Source: Candidatus Cloacimonadales bacterium
Lineage (GTDB): Bacteria > Cloacimonadota > Cloacimonadia > Cloacimonadales > JAFGVF01
DNA length: 64,000 nucleotides
Reading direction: 5' to 3'
Assembly: GCA_963662585.1 (NCBI GenBank)
Contig: OY759729.1
Span: forward strand, 2,016,001 to 2,080,000
Shown: one piece after another, positions 19,642 to 29,447 of the stretch
Position numbering within the stretch: the first letter of the stretch is position 1
How the letters are laid out: the number at the start of each line of letters is the position of its first letter
Made by a program: the position numbers and the translations under genes
Notes under the pieces: generated by a model
Seen by the model: only the letters and a program-made list of their open reading frames with translations
Databases searched by the model: none
Told to the model about the DNA's origin: nothing

Positions 19642-20847
19642 ATGAAATTAGATAATTCAAAAAAACTATTTGTTTCTGGTGATGAAGCTGTAGCTTTAGG
19701 AGTTCGTTTAGCTCGACCTCATGTAATTTCTGCTTATCCTATTACTCCTCAAACTATTGTAGTGGAAAGACTTTCAGAAATGACTGAAGATAAGAGCTTA
19801 GATGCTGATTTTATGCATGTGGAATCTGAACACTCTGCTCTCTCAGCAGCTATGGGTGTTTCTGCTGTAGGAGCAAGAGCTTTTACTGCAACATCGTCAC
19901 AGGGACTTCTTTACATGGCTGAGGTATTAAGTTATTGTAGTGGTGGACGCTATCCTGTTGTGATGATGAATGCTAACCGTGCTTTAGCTCTTCCTTGGAG
20001 TATTTTTGGGGATCAATCAGACTCCTTACTCCTACTTGGCTCTGGCTGGATTCAATGTTATGTTGAAGATGCCCAAGAAGCTCTTGATATGATGATTCAA
20101 GCTTATAAAATTGCTGAGCATCCTCGAGTATTAACTCCATTTATGGTTAACTTAGATGGCTTTATTCTCACTCACACTTATGAGTTAGTTGATGTACCTC
20201 TCCAGTCTGAAGTGGATGAATTTCTTCCACCTTTCACTACACCTAATAAAATGAGTTTAGAAAACCCAATGAATCTTGGTTTCTCTTCAACTCCTGCTGA
20301 TAACTTAGAATTTAAATATCAACAACATAAAGCTATGCTTGATTCTCTTCCAGTTATTGAGGAGGTAGATGCTGAATTTGGCGATAAATTTGGTAGATAT
20401 TACGGAGGGGTCTTAGAATCCTATCAGACAGATGATGCTGAATTGGTTATGATAACTGTAGGAACTATTACTGGAACTACTCGGGTAGTTGTAGATAAAT
20501 TAAGAGATGCAGGTAAGAAAGTAGGACTTATAAAACTTCGTTACCTTAGACCTATGCCAGAAGAAGCACTTGTCGAAGCAATTGCTGATGCTAAAGCTGT
20601 AGGCGTTATTGATAAAGATATCTCTTTTGGTCACGAAGGAACTATTTTTACAAATGTTAACTCTGCTCTCTCCAAATCTAACCTAAATCCTAAAAAACAT
20701 AACTTTATCTGTGGAATGGGTGGTAGAAATATCTCCAAAAATGATATTATTGAAATGTATCAGCTTCTTGAAGATTCTGTTAATGGTAAAGATATTCCTG
20801 CTGTTAAATTCATCAATCTAAACACTTGCATAAGTGAAAAGGAGTAA
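19642..20847 (+). CDS. porA: 2-oxoacid:ferredoxin oxidoreductase alpha subunit
   Basis: AYPITPQT, VESEHSA, TATSSQGL. Confidence 0.93.
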   Translation: MKLDNSKKLFVSGDEAVALGVRLARPHVISAYPITPQTIVVERLSEMTEDKSLDADFMHVESEHSALSAAMGVSAVGARAFTATSSQGLLYMAEVLSYCSGGRYPVVMMNANRALALPWSIFGDQSDSLLLLGSGWIQCYVEDAQEALDMMIQAYKIAEHPRVLTPFMVNLDGFILTHTYELVDVPLQSEVDEFLPPFTTPNKMSLENPMNLGFSSTPADNLEFKYQQHKAMLDSLPVIEEVDAEFGDKFGRYYGGVLESYQTDDAELVMITVGTITGTTRVVVDKLRDAGKKVGLIKLRYLRPMPEEALVEAIADAKAVGVIDKDISFGHEGTIFTNVNSALSKSNLNPKKHNFICGMGGRNISKNDIIEMYQLLEDSVNGKDIPAVKFINLNTCISEKE

Positions 20848-20850
20848 GAA

Positions 20851-21750
20851 ATGCAAAATTTACAAAAAATTACCCCTAGAAATATAGATCAAAAAGAGTA
20901 TTTTTACGGACATAAAGCTTGTGCTGGTTGTGGTTGTGCTTTAGCAGTAAGACTTGCTCTCAAAGTTATTGGAGAAGGTGCCTTTAGTATTCTTCCTGCT
21001 GGATGTATGTCTGCAGTTGGTTTCATCTACCCGCAAATGGCCTTTGTGAATAATTCTATGATATCTACCTTCCCTGGGGCTGCTTCTTTAGCTTCTGGTG
21101 TTGCTGCTGGTAACAAAGCTCTTAAAAGAGAAGGAAGCAAAACCGTTGTCTTTGCTGGAGATGGTGGAACTGCTGATATCGGTATCCAAGCACTGTCTGG
21201 AATGATAGATCGCGATGATGATGTTCTCTATATCTGCTATGATAATGAAGCATATATGAACACTGGAATTCAGAAAAGTGGACTTACACCTTTTGGTGCT
21301 AAGACTACTACAACTCCTGCTGGGGAAAATCTTAGAGGAACTCAAACAGCTAAGAAACAACTCTTCGAAATTATTGCTGCTCATAATATTAAATATGCAG
21401 CAACTGCTTCTATTGGCTATTACCAAGACTATATCAATAAAGTACAAAAAGCAATTTCTATTAAGGGAGCAACTTTTATTCATGTTGCTGCTAGCTGTCC
21501 TACTGGTTGGGGTACTCCTACCGAAACATCTGTAGAGATAATGAAAGAAGCTGTTGATTGTGGATTGTGGTTCTTAGCAGAATATGAAAACCATAAGTTT
21601 ACCCTAAATAAAGACCCAAAAGCTTTTGGTTCAATAGCTGATTATATCAAAGCTCAAGGTAGATTTAAGCATCTTACCGATGATGATATTGTTAGCATTG
21701 AAAAGAGTAGAGATGAACTCTGGGAAAGAATGAGGAAAAACTGGAAATAG
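20851..21750 (+). CDS. porB: 2-oxoacid:ferredoxin oxidoreductase beta subunit (TPP-binding)
   Basis: GHKACAGCG, GDGGTADIG, YDNEAYMNTG, CPTGW. Confidence 0.93.
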   Translation: MQNLQKITPRNIDQKEYFYGHKACAGCGCALAVRLALKVIGEGAFSILPAGCMSAVGFIYPQMAFVNNSMISTFPGAASLASGVAAGNKALKREGSKTVVFAGDGGTADIGIQALSGMIDRDDDVLYICYDNEAYMNTGIQKSGLTPFGAKTTTTPAGENLRGTQTAKKQLFEIIAAHNIKYAATASIGYYQDYINKVQKAISIKGATFIHVAASCPTGWGTPTETSVEIMKEAVDCGLWFLAEYENHKFTLNKDPKAFGSIADYIKAQGRFKHLTDDDIVSIEKSRDELWERMRKNWK

Positions 21751-21757
21751 ATTATAG

Positions 21758-21783
21758 AAGGGCAGATTTAATTCTGCCCTTTA
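21758..21783 (+). terminator. Terminator after por operon
   Basis: AAGGGCAGA-TTTAAT-TCTGCCCTTT. Confidence 0.7.
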
Positions 21784-21977
21784 CTTTAGTTAAATTATTT
21801 CTTCAGTCGGATAGTAATGATAAGTGAAAATCTCGTAGGGATGATCAATATTAACCCAAATAATGCAGTGCTCTTAAGCTTCTGTTCTATAAAAAACACC
21901 TGAAAAGTGAAGCCTGGGAAGTCATTGGGAAGAAAGTCAATTTTAAGAAAAGTAAGCTTTTAAAAATGAAGATATAA

Positions 21978-22880
21978 TCACAAAGTAATAATCACATCAT
22001 CATCAGAATCATCTTCATCTATAGGGGAAATTTTACTTCTAATAAATGCTCTTCTAATCCAACCCCAGATGAATATAATAGGGAAGACTAAGCCTAGGAG
22101 AGTAGCCAGAGAATAAATGGCATTAAGGATAATCTTCTCACGGAAATCTTTCTCAAAATCATAATAGAACTTCTCTTTAGAAAAACCAAAGCTTCGATTG
22201 AAGGCAATATTAAAATATTTGTGGGTAGTAAACATTTTACTAAAAGCCAGCTTGTCTAGCTTATGTAGATACTCTACTGCCATGGCAGATTTAGCATAAA
22301 ATGTGGTTAACATTCTGCTATCTTGCGGATATTTATTCTCCATTTCATTAATGGAAGGAATAGCTTGCGATAAGTAATCTACTCCTAGTGCATAGACCAT
22401 ATTTGTGCTAAACTGTTGAGAAAAATGAATAGCCATACCTTCGTGAAACCAGAGAGGGGCATCTTTAAAATGATATTCAATAAAAGCATGGATATATTCA
22501 TGATGAAGGATTTGATAGAAGCTCTCTTTATTGCCCAGTTCCAAGAAACTTTTGATATAAATTACACTATCTTGCCTACTATAGAAGGCATTACTGTGTT
22601 CTGTTATTCCTCCAAAAGTAGCTACAATATTTTGAAAATCTTGCTGATCATGACTAAGATAAATTCTTGCTTTAAACTGTGGATAAACTCCAATATCCAT
22701 TTGAAATCTGTCTATAAGTTTAGGTAGATGCTCCATGATATCTTGAGCAAAAACTCTATCTTGCTGATTAGCTTGAACTTCTATCAAATCATCTGTATAT
22801 ATTACTTTATTAGCCCGAAGTAGGGATAAATTTATAATAAATATAAGAAAAACTAATAATATCCTGATTCTATTCTGCAT
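21978..22880 (-). CDS. Peptidase MA-like exported metallopeptidase with C-terminal TM anchor
   Basis: Signal peptide from MQNRIR (22880); HEYIH...PLWFHEGMA gluzincin-like motif; C-terminal hydrophobic helix. Confidence 0.75.
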   Translation of the reverse strand: MQNRIRILLVFLIFIINLSLLRANKVIYTDDLIEVQANQQDRVFAQDIMEHLPKLIDRFQMDIGVYPQFKARIYLSHDQQDFQNIVATFGGITEHSNAFYSRQDSVIYIKSFLELGNKESFYQILHHEYIHAFIEYHFKDAPLWFHEGMAIHFSQQFSTNMVYALGVDYLSQAIPSINEMENKYPQDSRMLTTFYAKSAMAVEYLHKLDKLAFSKMFTTHKYFNIAFNRSFGFSKEKFYYDFEKDFREKIILNAIYSLATLLGLVFPIIFIWGWIRRAFIRSKISPIDEDDSDDDVIITL

Positions 22881-23781
22881 CAACCTTTTTACCAAGAGAT
22901 GCAAGATAGACAACCATTTCATTCTCACCATCTAAACCAAGATATTCATTAATAAATTCATCAACAAAAGCACCAATGCCACAGACACCACAATTGATTG
23001 ATTCTCCTGCAAGATAGAGGTTTTGACAAATATGGCCAGCATCTAAGTAAATGTAACGCCATGATCTAGCAGAGTAACGCCAAACTGTTCGATTCGGAAT
23101 TGCACTCCAAATAAAGTTAACTGCTGAAGTTTTGATCATGTTCTGACGATTACAGGCTATCCAAAGTTTTTCCTTGGTCTCAGGATCTGAATCTAATAAT
23201 ACTATATTATGCTTGCCTGCATTATAGAAGTAGAGTCCTGGCTCAACTCCTTCGACCCTATTAATATAGAGGTAAGTTTCGAAAGGATGACGAGCACCTG
23301 CTGAAGGAACTGTTCTAAGTGTAACACTGTTTTTACTAGTCTCTTTGATCTCTTTTACCCCTTGAGTAAGCCAAAGTAGATAAGAAAGTTCATCTTTAGA
23401 AAGAGGAATATCTGAGTATGCCCTAATTGATTTCCTATTCTCTAAAATGGATCTAAAATCATTGTGCTCTACCCTGATTGTTTGAGGGTTAGGTAGTTTA
23501 ATCACTTCACCAGTCATTGACTTTAGAACCTCAGGTTTTGGGATTCCTTTCATTTGATCCGAAACACTAGCATAGAGGTAGGAAGTAAGTTGGGTAAAGT
23601 TTTTACCTATCATTTCAGCCTCTTTATTCTTTTTAATAGTCTCGGTAACTTCTGAATCATACTCTTTGACTATGCGAGCGTAATCTTCATCATTAACTTC
23701 TATCTCATCTTGAATTACTTTATCTTCATATCCACGGGATTTCATTCTTAGGTAGAAAAATCTTTCTCTTGCTTTATCCAT
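22870..23781 (-). CDS. SagB/ThcOx-family nitroreductase-like dehydrogenase
   Basis: RKSIRAYS, RTVPSAGARHPFETY, YIYLDAGHICQNLYL. Confidence 0.88.
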   Translation of the reverse strand: MDKARERFFYLRMKSRGYEDKVIQDEIEVNDEDYARIVKEYDSEVTETIKKNKEAEMIGKNFTQLTSYLYASVSDQMKGIPKPEVLKSMTGEVIKLPNPQTIRVEHNDFRSILENRKSIRAYSDIPLSKDELSYLLWLTQGVKEIKETSKNSVTLRTVPSAGARHPFETYLYINRVEGVEPGLYFYNAGKHNIVLLDSDPETKEKLWIACNRQNMIKTSAVNFIWSAIPNRTVWRYSARSWRYIYLDAGHICQNLYLAGESINCGVCGIGAFVDEFINEYLGLDGENEMVVYLASLGKKVDAE

Positions 23782-23870
23782 TATTCACCTCACTAGGAAT
23801 TTATTGTTATACTAGTATAATTAATAGGTAAATATTTGTCAAATAAAGAATCTGAACTAACTACTAATTT

Positions 23871-24638
23871 TTAAAATGGCGATTTTAAGAAGCTAATAAT
23901 TAAGCAAGAAGTAGAAAATGTAGATAAATAGAAAATCTCTTTAGGAGGAATAGAAATTTTGTAACTGCTTCTCTCTTCACTATAAGCTTTAGCCTCATAA
24001 TTTAGGGCAATAGAATCAGCATTAAGCAAAACTTTATGGATGAGAATATTAAGAATAATTATAACTTTTCTGATTGGATTTCGACGATTATCAAGACATC
24101 TTGACTTCTGAGCAACTTTAATCTGCTGGTATAAATCAAAAATAATAGGTATTTGCACAATACATAAATTTATCATAGTAGCGATTCTAACTGAATTTAC
24201 AAAGGGGACTTTCCTAAGTAAAGTTTCTATTGCGTAATTGATTTCCCTAACAGTGGTTGTAGCAATAAAAAGAATGCTTATTAAAGAAAATAGATATAAC
24301 TTGAGAATAAAGGTCGAACTAAATAGCAAAGCAGGAATGCTAAAATGATGCAAATACAGATTGGGATTACTCTGAAAATGAAAGGCTGAGAAGAAGATAA
24401 TTAAGGGAATAGCAGTCATGAAATAGCGGAAATCTCTGAAGGCTTGAATTATGCTGATTTTAGCTTGATAGAATAACAGGAAAAGAAGTGAATAGAGAAG
24501 TGTAAAACTTAGCCAATCAAGAGTGATATCCTTTAAAGTAATGCTTGAGAAAGCTATAATTAGCATGGCAATCAGCTTGGTAAGAGGACTTAATCTATGA
24601 ATCGCAGAATCTTTACTTATATAATGAAAAAGAATCAC
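23871..24638 (-). CDS. ECF transporter transmembrane T component
   Basis: SAIHRLSPLTKL N-terminus, AQKSR motif, multiple TMs; operon with bioY. Confidence 0.85.
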   Translation of the reverse strand: MILFHYISKDSAIHRLSPLTKLIAMLIIAFSSITLKDITLDWLSFTLLYSLLFLLFYQAKISIIQAFRDFRYFMTAIPLIIFFSAFHFQSNPNLYLHHFSIPALLFSSTFILKLYLFSLISILFIATTTVREINYAIETLLRKVPFVNSVRIATMINLCIVQIPIIFDLYQQIKVAQKSRCLDNRRNPIRKVIIILNILIHKVLLNADSIALNYEAKAYSEERSSYKISIPPKEIFYLSTFSTSCLIISFLKSPF

Positions 24639-25375
24639 ACTAACCAGCTCATTTCACTTTTAAGGCATTTAGGTAGTTTGATAGGATAATTCGCTAAGTC
24701 GGCTGGTAACTCTTCCTGAATTATGTTTTTATCATAGATAATTCTTCCTGCACCCATGATGATTAGTCGGTTGGCATGGGCAAAAACTTTATCCAAATCA
24801 TGAGTAATGACTAGTATAGTCTTACCTTCTTTATGAAGCTTTACCATTAGCTGAAGAACTTGCTTTACTCCAGTATAATCAAGACAGTTAAAAGGCTCAT
24901 CAAAGATGATAATACTTGGATTCATACAAAGAATCCCGGCTATGGCTAATCTTTTTTTCTCGCCACCAGAAAGTTGCGTTGGTACTCTCTTCTCATAATC
25001 CTCTAAACCTACAGCGCGGAGTATCTGGGTTACTTTAGTGTTTATAGTCTCTCTAGCTACTCTTAAATTCTCTAAGCCAAAAGCAATGTCGTCATAGACA
25101 GTTTGACCTACGATTTGAGTATCAGAATCTTGAAAGATTATTCCTACTTTTTTCCTAACTTGCAGAAGTTGTTTTTTGATAGCTTTGTTTTCAAATAATA
25201 TTTCACCTTGGCTAGCTTGATATATTCCATTTAAAAGAAGAGTCAAGACACTTTTCCCAGAGCCATTCTCTCCTGTAAGAATAATAAACTCTCCTTGAGC
25301 AATATCTAAGGAGATTGATTTTAGTACTTCCTGGCCTGAAGGGAATTTATAGGAAACATCTGTTAAGGAAATCAT
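24635..25375 (-). CDS. ECF transporter ATPase (A component)
   Basis: GENGSGKS, FQDSDTQ, LSGGEKKR, IIFDEP. Confidence 0.92.
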   Translation of the reverse strand: MISLTDVSYKFPSGQEVLKSISLDIAQGEFIILTGENGSGKSVLTLLLNGIYQASQGEILFENKAIKKQLLQVRKKVGIIFQDSDTQIVGQTVYDDIAFGLENLRVARETINTKVTQILRAVGLEDYEKRVPTQLSGGEKKRLAIAGILCMNPSIIIFDEPFNCLDYTGVKQVLQLMVKLHKEGKTILVITHDLDKVFAHANRLIIMGAGRIIYDKNIIQEELPADLANYPIKLPKCLKSEMSWLV

Positions 25376-25905
25376 ATAAGTCTCGAATTTAAGTGTTTTC
25401 TGACTTTCTGGGCAATCACAAGAGCAAGACCTAGCTTAAGAAAATCTCCGACCACGAAAACCCAATATATTGGAAGAGAGTTTGTCCAACCTTGGGGAAA
25501 TTTATAAATCAACCAGGAAATACCTAGGAGATGAATAAGCAGAAAGCCAGCAATTAAAGCTAAGCTGTCTTTAAACCAACTAGGCTTGCCAGATGAGATT
25601 AGAGCAATAGCTATTGTTGCCAGAAAATATCCGAGGAGATAACCACCAGTTGGTCCGTAAAAGTGGTGCAGACCTCCATTACCACCTGAAAAAACAGGCA
25701 AGCCTAAGGCTCCGAGTAATAGGTATATTGTAATACTATATGTTGCCCATTTTACAGGAAGCACTAAGCCGAGAATAAAAATAAACATGTTTGCTATAAC
25801 TATGGGTATGATTCCCGTAGGAATAGCAATATATGAGCCTATTATTATCAAGGCTGTGAATAAAGAAGTATAAATCATCATTCTAATATTATTTTGAAAT
25901 TTCAT
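25372..25905 (-). CDS. bioY: Biotin ECF S component BioY
   Basis: YLLLGALGLPVFSGG..G....GPTGGYLLGY signature. Confidence 0.92.
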   Translation of the reverse strand: MKFQNNIRMMIYTSLFTALIIIGSYIAIPTGIIPIVIANMFIFILGLVLPVKWATYSITIYLLLGALGLPVFSGGNGGLHHFYGPTGGYLLGYFLATIAIALISSGKPSWFKDSLALIAGFLLIHLLGISWLIYKFPQGWTNSLPIYWVFVVGDFLKLGLALVIAQKVRKHLNSRLI

Positions 25906-25989
25906 ATATGTAAACCCTTATAAATATAATTTTGACTATTATTTTAAGGACTGGAAAATCGTCAAGAATTTATGTATTGGAGAGTAAAT

Positions 25990-26022
25990 AAAAAAAGCTA
26001 GCTTATCTGCATAAGCTAGCTT
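25990..26022 (-). terminator. Terminator after the 377-aa gene
   Basis: AAGCTAGCTTAT/ATAAGCTAGCTT stem with A-run on + (T-run on -). Confidence 0.7.
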
Positions 26023-26044
26023 GTGAAATATATATTATTGAGAA

Positions 26045-27178
26045 TTATTCAGCAATAACTTCCACATTAGCACGAGGAATAAGAACTTCCTGGCCATTGT
26101 TTAGTTTAGCTTTAAGAACTCTCACTAAGGTTTCAGATTCAACTTTGGTAAGTGGTTCAGGTAGTTCAGTAATTCTACCAATTTCACCAAAGTTAGGTTG
26201 TCTGATTACACGAATAAGTGATCCTATTTCGAGAGAAGCCATTTCTGCTTCCTTAACAACTAATTTCTCATTATCTGCAAGAGGAAGTGGGATAATAACT
26301 TCAGGTCTCATAACACCAGCACGGATTTGAGTAAAACCGTGAACAGATGCTTTATGACCTTCAAACTTCTGCAGAAGTTCAAAAGTATTCTTAGCCATTG
26401 TGATAGGTCCAAAACCTTCTGTAACAACTAAAGTAACACCAATTTTCTCGTGTCCAGTAATAGCAACACCAATATCATAACCGAGAAGTTTCTTTAAATC
26501 TTGGTCATCAACACCACCAGAAATGATAGCATGTACTCCAACTTGAGCAGCTTTTTTAATCGCTTCTAAAGGACATAAAGCTCCAGCTACAATAATTTTA
26601 CCTTTGCAATCAGGGGTAATACTAGCAGGATCTAAATGATCTTTAGGTGATTTAGCTAACATTTTGATATCACCGCTAGTTTCACCTGCTAAACCAAAAA
26701 TACCTTGGATATAAGCAGATCTGTTTTCAATAATCACACCTTCATTAGGGATGACTTCAGTAACGATACCATCGATGAAAGCTTTGATTTCAACAGGGAT
26801 TCTTGGTTCTCTAAGAACAGCATTACCTGTTGCAGGAGATACACTTTCTACCTCACCATCAATAGGAGATTTAACGGAAGTTTTAAAGAAACCCATTCCG
26901 AAAAGTCCTTTTGTTTCAGCAAGTATTTGATCTTTATGTATTTTATCGCCAACTTTTACTTTCATGAAGTTAGCCAACATTTGAGGGGTAACTCCTAATT
27001 TATTAGCAATCTTGAAAGGTACAACATTACCTGGCAATGAAGTGTGAGCAACGATATCATCGCATTTTACTCTATCACCTTTCTTTACTCTAACTTCCCC
27101 TTTTAAAGGAAGAATTCTTTCTTTTTTAAGTACAATATTTTCAGTAACTGTTAATCCAGCTGAATATGCTTGTGCCAT
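26045..27178 (-). CDS. Uncharacterised protein with barrel-sandwich-hybrid-like repeats and C-terminal KOW-like motif
   Basis: VKKGDRV..DDIVA, VKVGDKIHKDQILA..VKSPIDGEVESV; GSLIRVIRQPNFGEIGRI; GGAGG RBS. Confidence 0.75.
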   Translation of the reverse strand: MAQAYSAGLTVTENIVLKKERILPLKGEVRVKKGDRVKCDDIVAHTSLPGNVVPFKIANKLGVTPQMLANFMKVKVGDKIHKDQILAETKGLFGMGFFKTSVKSPIDGEVESVSPATGNAVLREPRIPVEIKAFIDGIVTEVIPNEGVIIENRSAYIQGIFGLAGETSGDIKMLAKSPKDHLDPASITPDCKGKIIVAGALCPLEAIKKAAQVGVHAIISGGVDDQDLKKLLGYDIGVAITGHEKIGVTLVVTEGFGPITMAKNTFELLQKFEGHKASVHGFTQIRAGVMRPEVIIPLPLADNEKLVVKEAEMASLEIGSLIRVIRQPNFGEIGRITELPEPLTKVESETLVRVLKAKLNNGQEVLIPRANVEVIAE

Positions 27179-27187
27179 TATTTCCTC

Positions 27188-29053
27188 CTATTTTAGTAGT
27201 TCTTGTGGGTAAGCTTGAAGTTCTTTCATCCATTTGATAAGGCGAGGAACACGCTCAGCAGTTTCTACAGGTAATACAAATGGTCTTCTACCACGAGTAT
27301 CAAGTACAATACCTACTTCGCCACCAGTTAATTCGGTAACGATCTCTTGATTTTTACCTGCACCAATATCTAAACCTTTACCAGGTTTTAACTCTGCTTT
27401 AGCCACAGAACCTGTTGGACATGGTAATAATCTTAATTCACCAAATGGTATTTTCTCTTCAAAAATAGTTCCATCAGGAAGTTCAATTTTTGCCTCTAGA
27501 GCAATTTTTCCTTCCTTAATCTTTCCTACAGGAGCAACACAAGAACCGATATAAATCATACAGTCCTTATTGAAAACTTCAGTAGCAACTTCTTCATTAA
27601 TTGAAGCCAACACACCTAAGTGAGGCATCATGAAGATAGAGTCCACAGCCAATTTAGTGATACCTTCTGGTAAGAAAGCGTCGATAAGCATCATCATTGT
27701 TTGATGTCTTCTTGGAGCATGAGAAAGAACACCACCAGAACCTACTAAGAGGTCAAGTGTAAGCATATTAACAATAGTATCGCCTGATTCAGATTGAGAG
27801 AATGCTTCAGCGATATCAGAATTCTTTTGAGTACCTTTAAGATTAACAGCAAATTCTTTATGTTGAATAAAAGCTAATCTAAGTGCTTCTTTAGCAATTG
27901 CTTGTTCTAAAACAAGTTCTTGGAAAAGAGCAGGAATAGTTGTAGGTCTGATCATCTTATTCTTGATCATATTACGAAGTTCTTTAACATCTATATCAAA
28001 AGGAACCCAACGCAAAATGTTGTCTAAACCAGCACTAGCTAGAACATTAGAAATACTATAACTCATTCCGAGGTTAGCAGACACAGTTCTGTTGAAAATA
28101 AAGTCTTTAGTAAATACGGAGAATACATCAGTAGTTGCACCTCCAATATCAACACCAAGAACTTCAATATTTTCTTGTTTAGCAATAGTTTGCATGATAT
28201 TACCCACGGCAGCAGGTGTTGGCATAATTGGAACAGGTTTTAAATCAGGTCCAACTGTCCATGCCATTAATTTATTATAACCTGGAGCTTGTTGCATAAC
28301 ATGCTCCATGAATATTTCATGTATTTCATCACGAGCAGGTCCTAAGTTTTCTCTTTCTAGAGTAGGTCTAAGATTATCTGTAATCATTAAATCAACCTTA
28401 CTTCCTAAGGTCTTTTTAATTTCATCTCTAGCTTGAATTGTACCTGCATAAATAACAGGTAATTTATAACTTGAACCAAGTCTTGGTTTAGGATCAGCAG
28501 CACCAACTAACTCAGCCATTTCAATAACATGTTTGTTACTAGTAGCATTATCGGTGTGACCTGCCATTAAAATCATATCTGGTCTTAAGTGACGAATTCT
28601 TTCAATCTTTTCATGATCCATTCTCTGGTCATTACTTGCAATTAAGTCCATAACAATAGCACCTGCACCGAGAGCAGCTCTTTCAGCTGACTCACCTGTC
28701 ATTTTAGCAACAACACCGGTAACCATCATCTGTAATCCACCACCAGCAGAGGATGTTGATACATAGGCATCAGCCCCAATATCACCATTTCTTGGAATAA
28801 TAAGTTCAGAATCTTTAATTAAAGTTATCTTAGGATTATTATATTTTAATCTAGCTAACTCTTCTAACTCTTGTACTGCATTTAGTACTCCGCGGGTAAC
28901 ATCATTTAATGGTGCTTCAACTGTTGTAGGAGCTTCACCACGCACTGTTTGTCGGTATTCACCATCTACGAATTCTATCAGAATCGCTTTGGTAGTAGTA
29001 GAACCGCAATCAGTTGCAATGATACGAGTTAATTTCTTCTTCTCGTACTGCAT
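27188..29053 (-). CDS. GlmL/MutL (glutamate mutase L)-like ASKHA ATPase
   Basis: ATDCGSTTTK, PTTVEAP, SSAGGGL, MPTPAAV, GVDIGGATTDVFS, RTVSANLGMSYS, GSGGVLSH. Confidence 0.8.
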   Translation of the reverse strand: MQYEKKKLTRIIATDCGSTTTKAILIEFVDGEYRQTVRGEAPTTVEAPLNDVTRGVLNAVQELEELARLKYNNPKITLIKDSELIIPRNGDIGADAYVSTSSAGGGLQMMVTGVVAKMTGESAERAALGAGAIVMDLIASNDQRMDHEKIERIRHLRPDMILMAGHTDNATSNKHVIEMAELVGAADPKPRLGSSYKLPVIYAGTIQARDEIKKTLGSKVDLMITDNLRPTLERENLGPARDEIHEIFMEHVMQQAPGYNKLMAWTVGPDLKPVPIMPTPAAVGNIMQTIAKQENIEVLGVDIGGATTDVFSVFTKDFIFNRTVSANLGMSYSISNVLASAGLDNILRWVPFDIDVKELRNMIKNKMIRPTTIPALFQELVLEQAIAKEALRLAFIQHKEFAVNLKGTQKNSDIAEAFSQSESGDTIVNMLTLDLLVGSGGVLSHAPRRHQTMMMLIDAFLPEGITKLAVDSIFMMPHLGVLASINEEVATEVFNKDCMIYIGSCVAPVGKIKEGKIALEAKIELPDGTIFEEKIPFGELRLLPCPTGSVAKAELKPGKGLDIGAGKNQEIVTELTGGEVGIVLDTRGRRPFVLPVETAERVPRLIKWMKELQAYPQELLK

Positions 29054-29077
29054 TATTTCCTCCGTTTATAATAATTT

Positions 29078-29440
29078 TTACTTTTTTCTCCAGAATAGAA
29101 AGATATTCTTTAACTTTTCATTTCTCTTTCTGCGTCTAACTCTTCTTTTTTCGTATTTATCTTTAAATAATTCAGCATCTAATTCATCAATTCTTTGTGA
29201 GAGCATTTTAAGATATCTATCCTCATCAATGAGTGTAGCAAACTCTTGATATGCTTTTTTATCAAAAATTAATTCAGCAACTGGCATTACAACATAGAGT
29301 AACTGACTGCCAATATGGTTTAAAGGCATAAACATCTCAGTAGCAATTAAAGCCGGTGCTGCCATGTTTCTTTCGACAATGAACCTAGCCACCTTATCAA
29401 TTAAATAGACAGCTCTCTCTTCAGAAATAGATACAATCAT
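29078..29440 (-). CDS. Small hypothetical protein
   Basis: ORF between comF and glmL-like gene; helical, basic C-terminus; start at MIVS avoids overlap with comF. Confidence 0.7.
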   Translation of the reverse strand: MIVSISEERAVYLIDKVARFIVERNMAAPALIATEMFMPLNHIGSQLLYVVMPVAELIFDKKAYQEFATLIDEDRYLKMLSQRIDELDAELFKDKYEKRRVRRRKRNEKLKNIFLFWRKK

Positions 29441-29447
29441 ATATTTT

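Noticed and set aside
21785..21975. Possible pseudogene fragment on the minus strand (…IWVNIDHPYEIFTYHYYPTEE…)
   Set aside because: Short, interrupted and not recognisable; cannot be supported without a homology search
7257..23781. RiPP (azole/microcin-type) cluster from TldD/E + SagB + peptidase
   Set aside because: The genes are 13 kb apart, with no YcaO cyclodehydratase and no Cys/Ser/Thr-rich precursor visible
27188..29053. Calling the 621-aa protein DNA-repair MutL or a glutamate/methylaspartate mutase
   Set aside because: It has ASKHA rather than GHKL motifs and no DxHxxG cobalamin-binding motif
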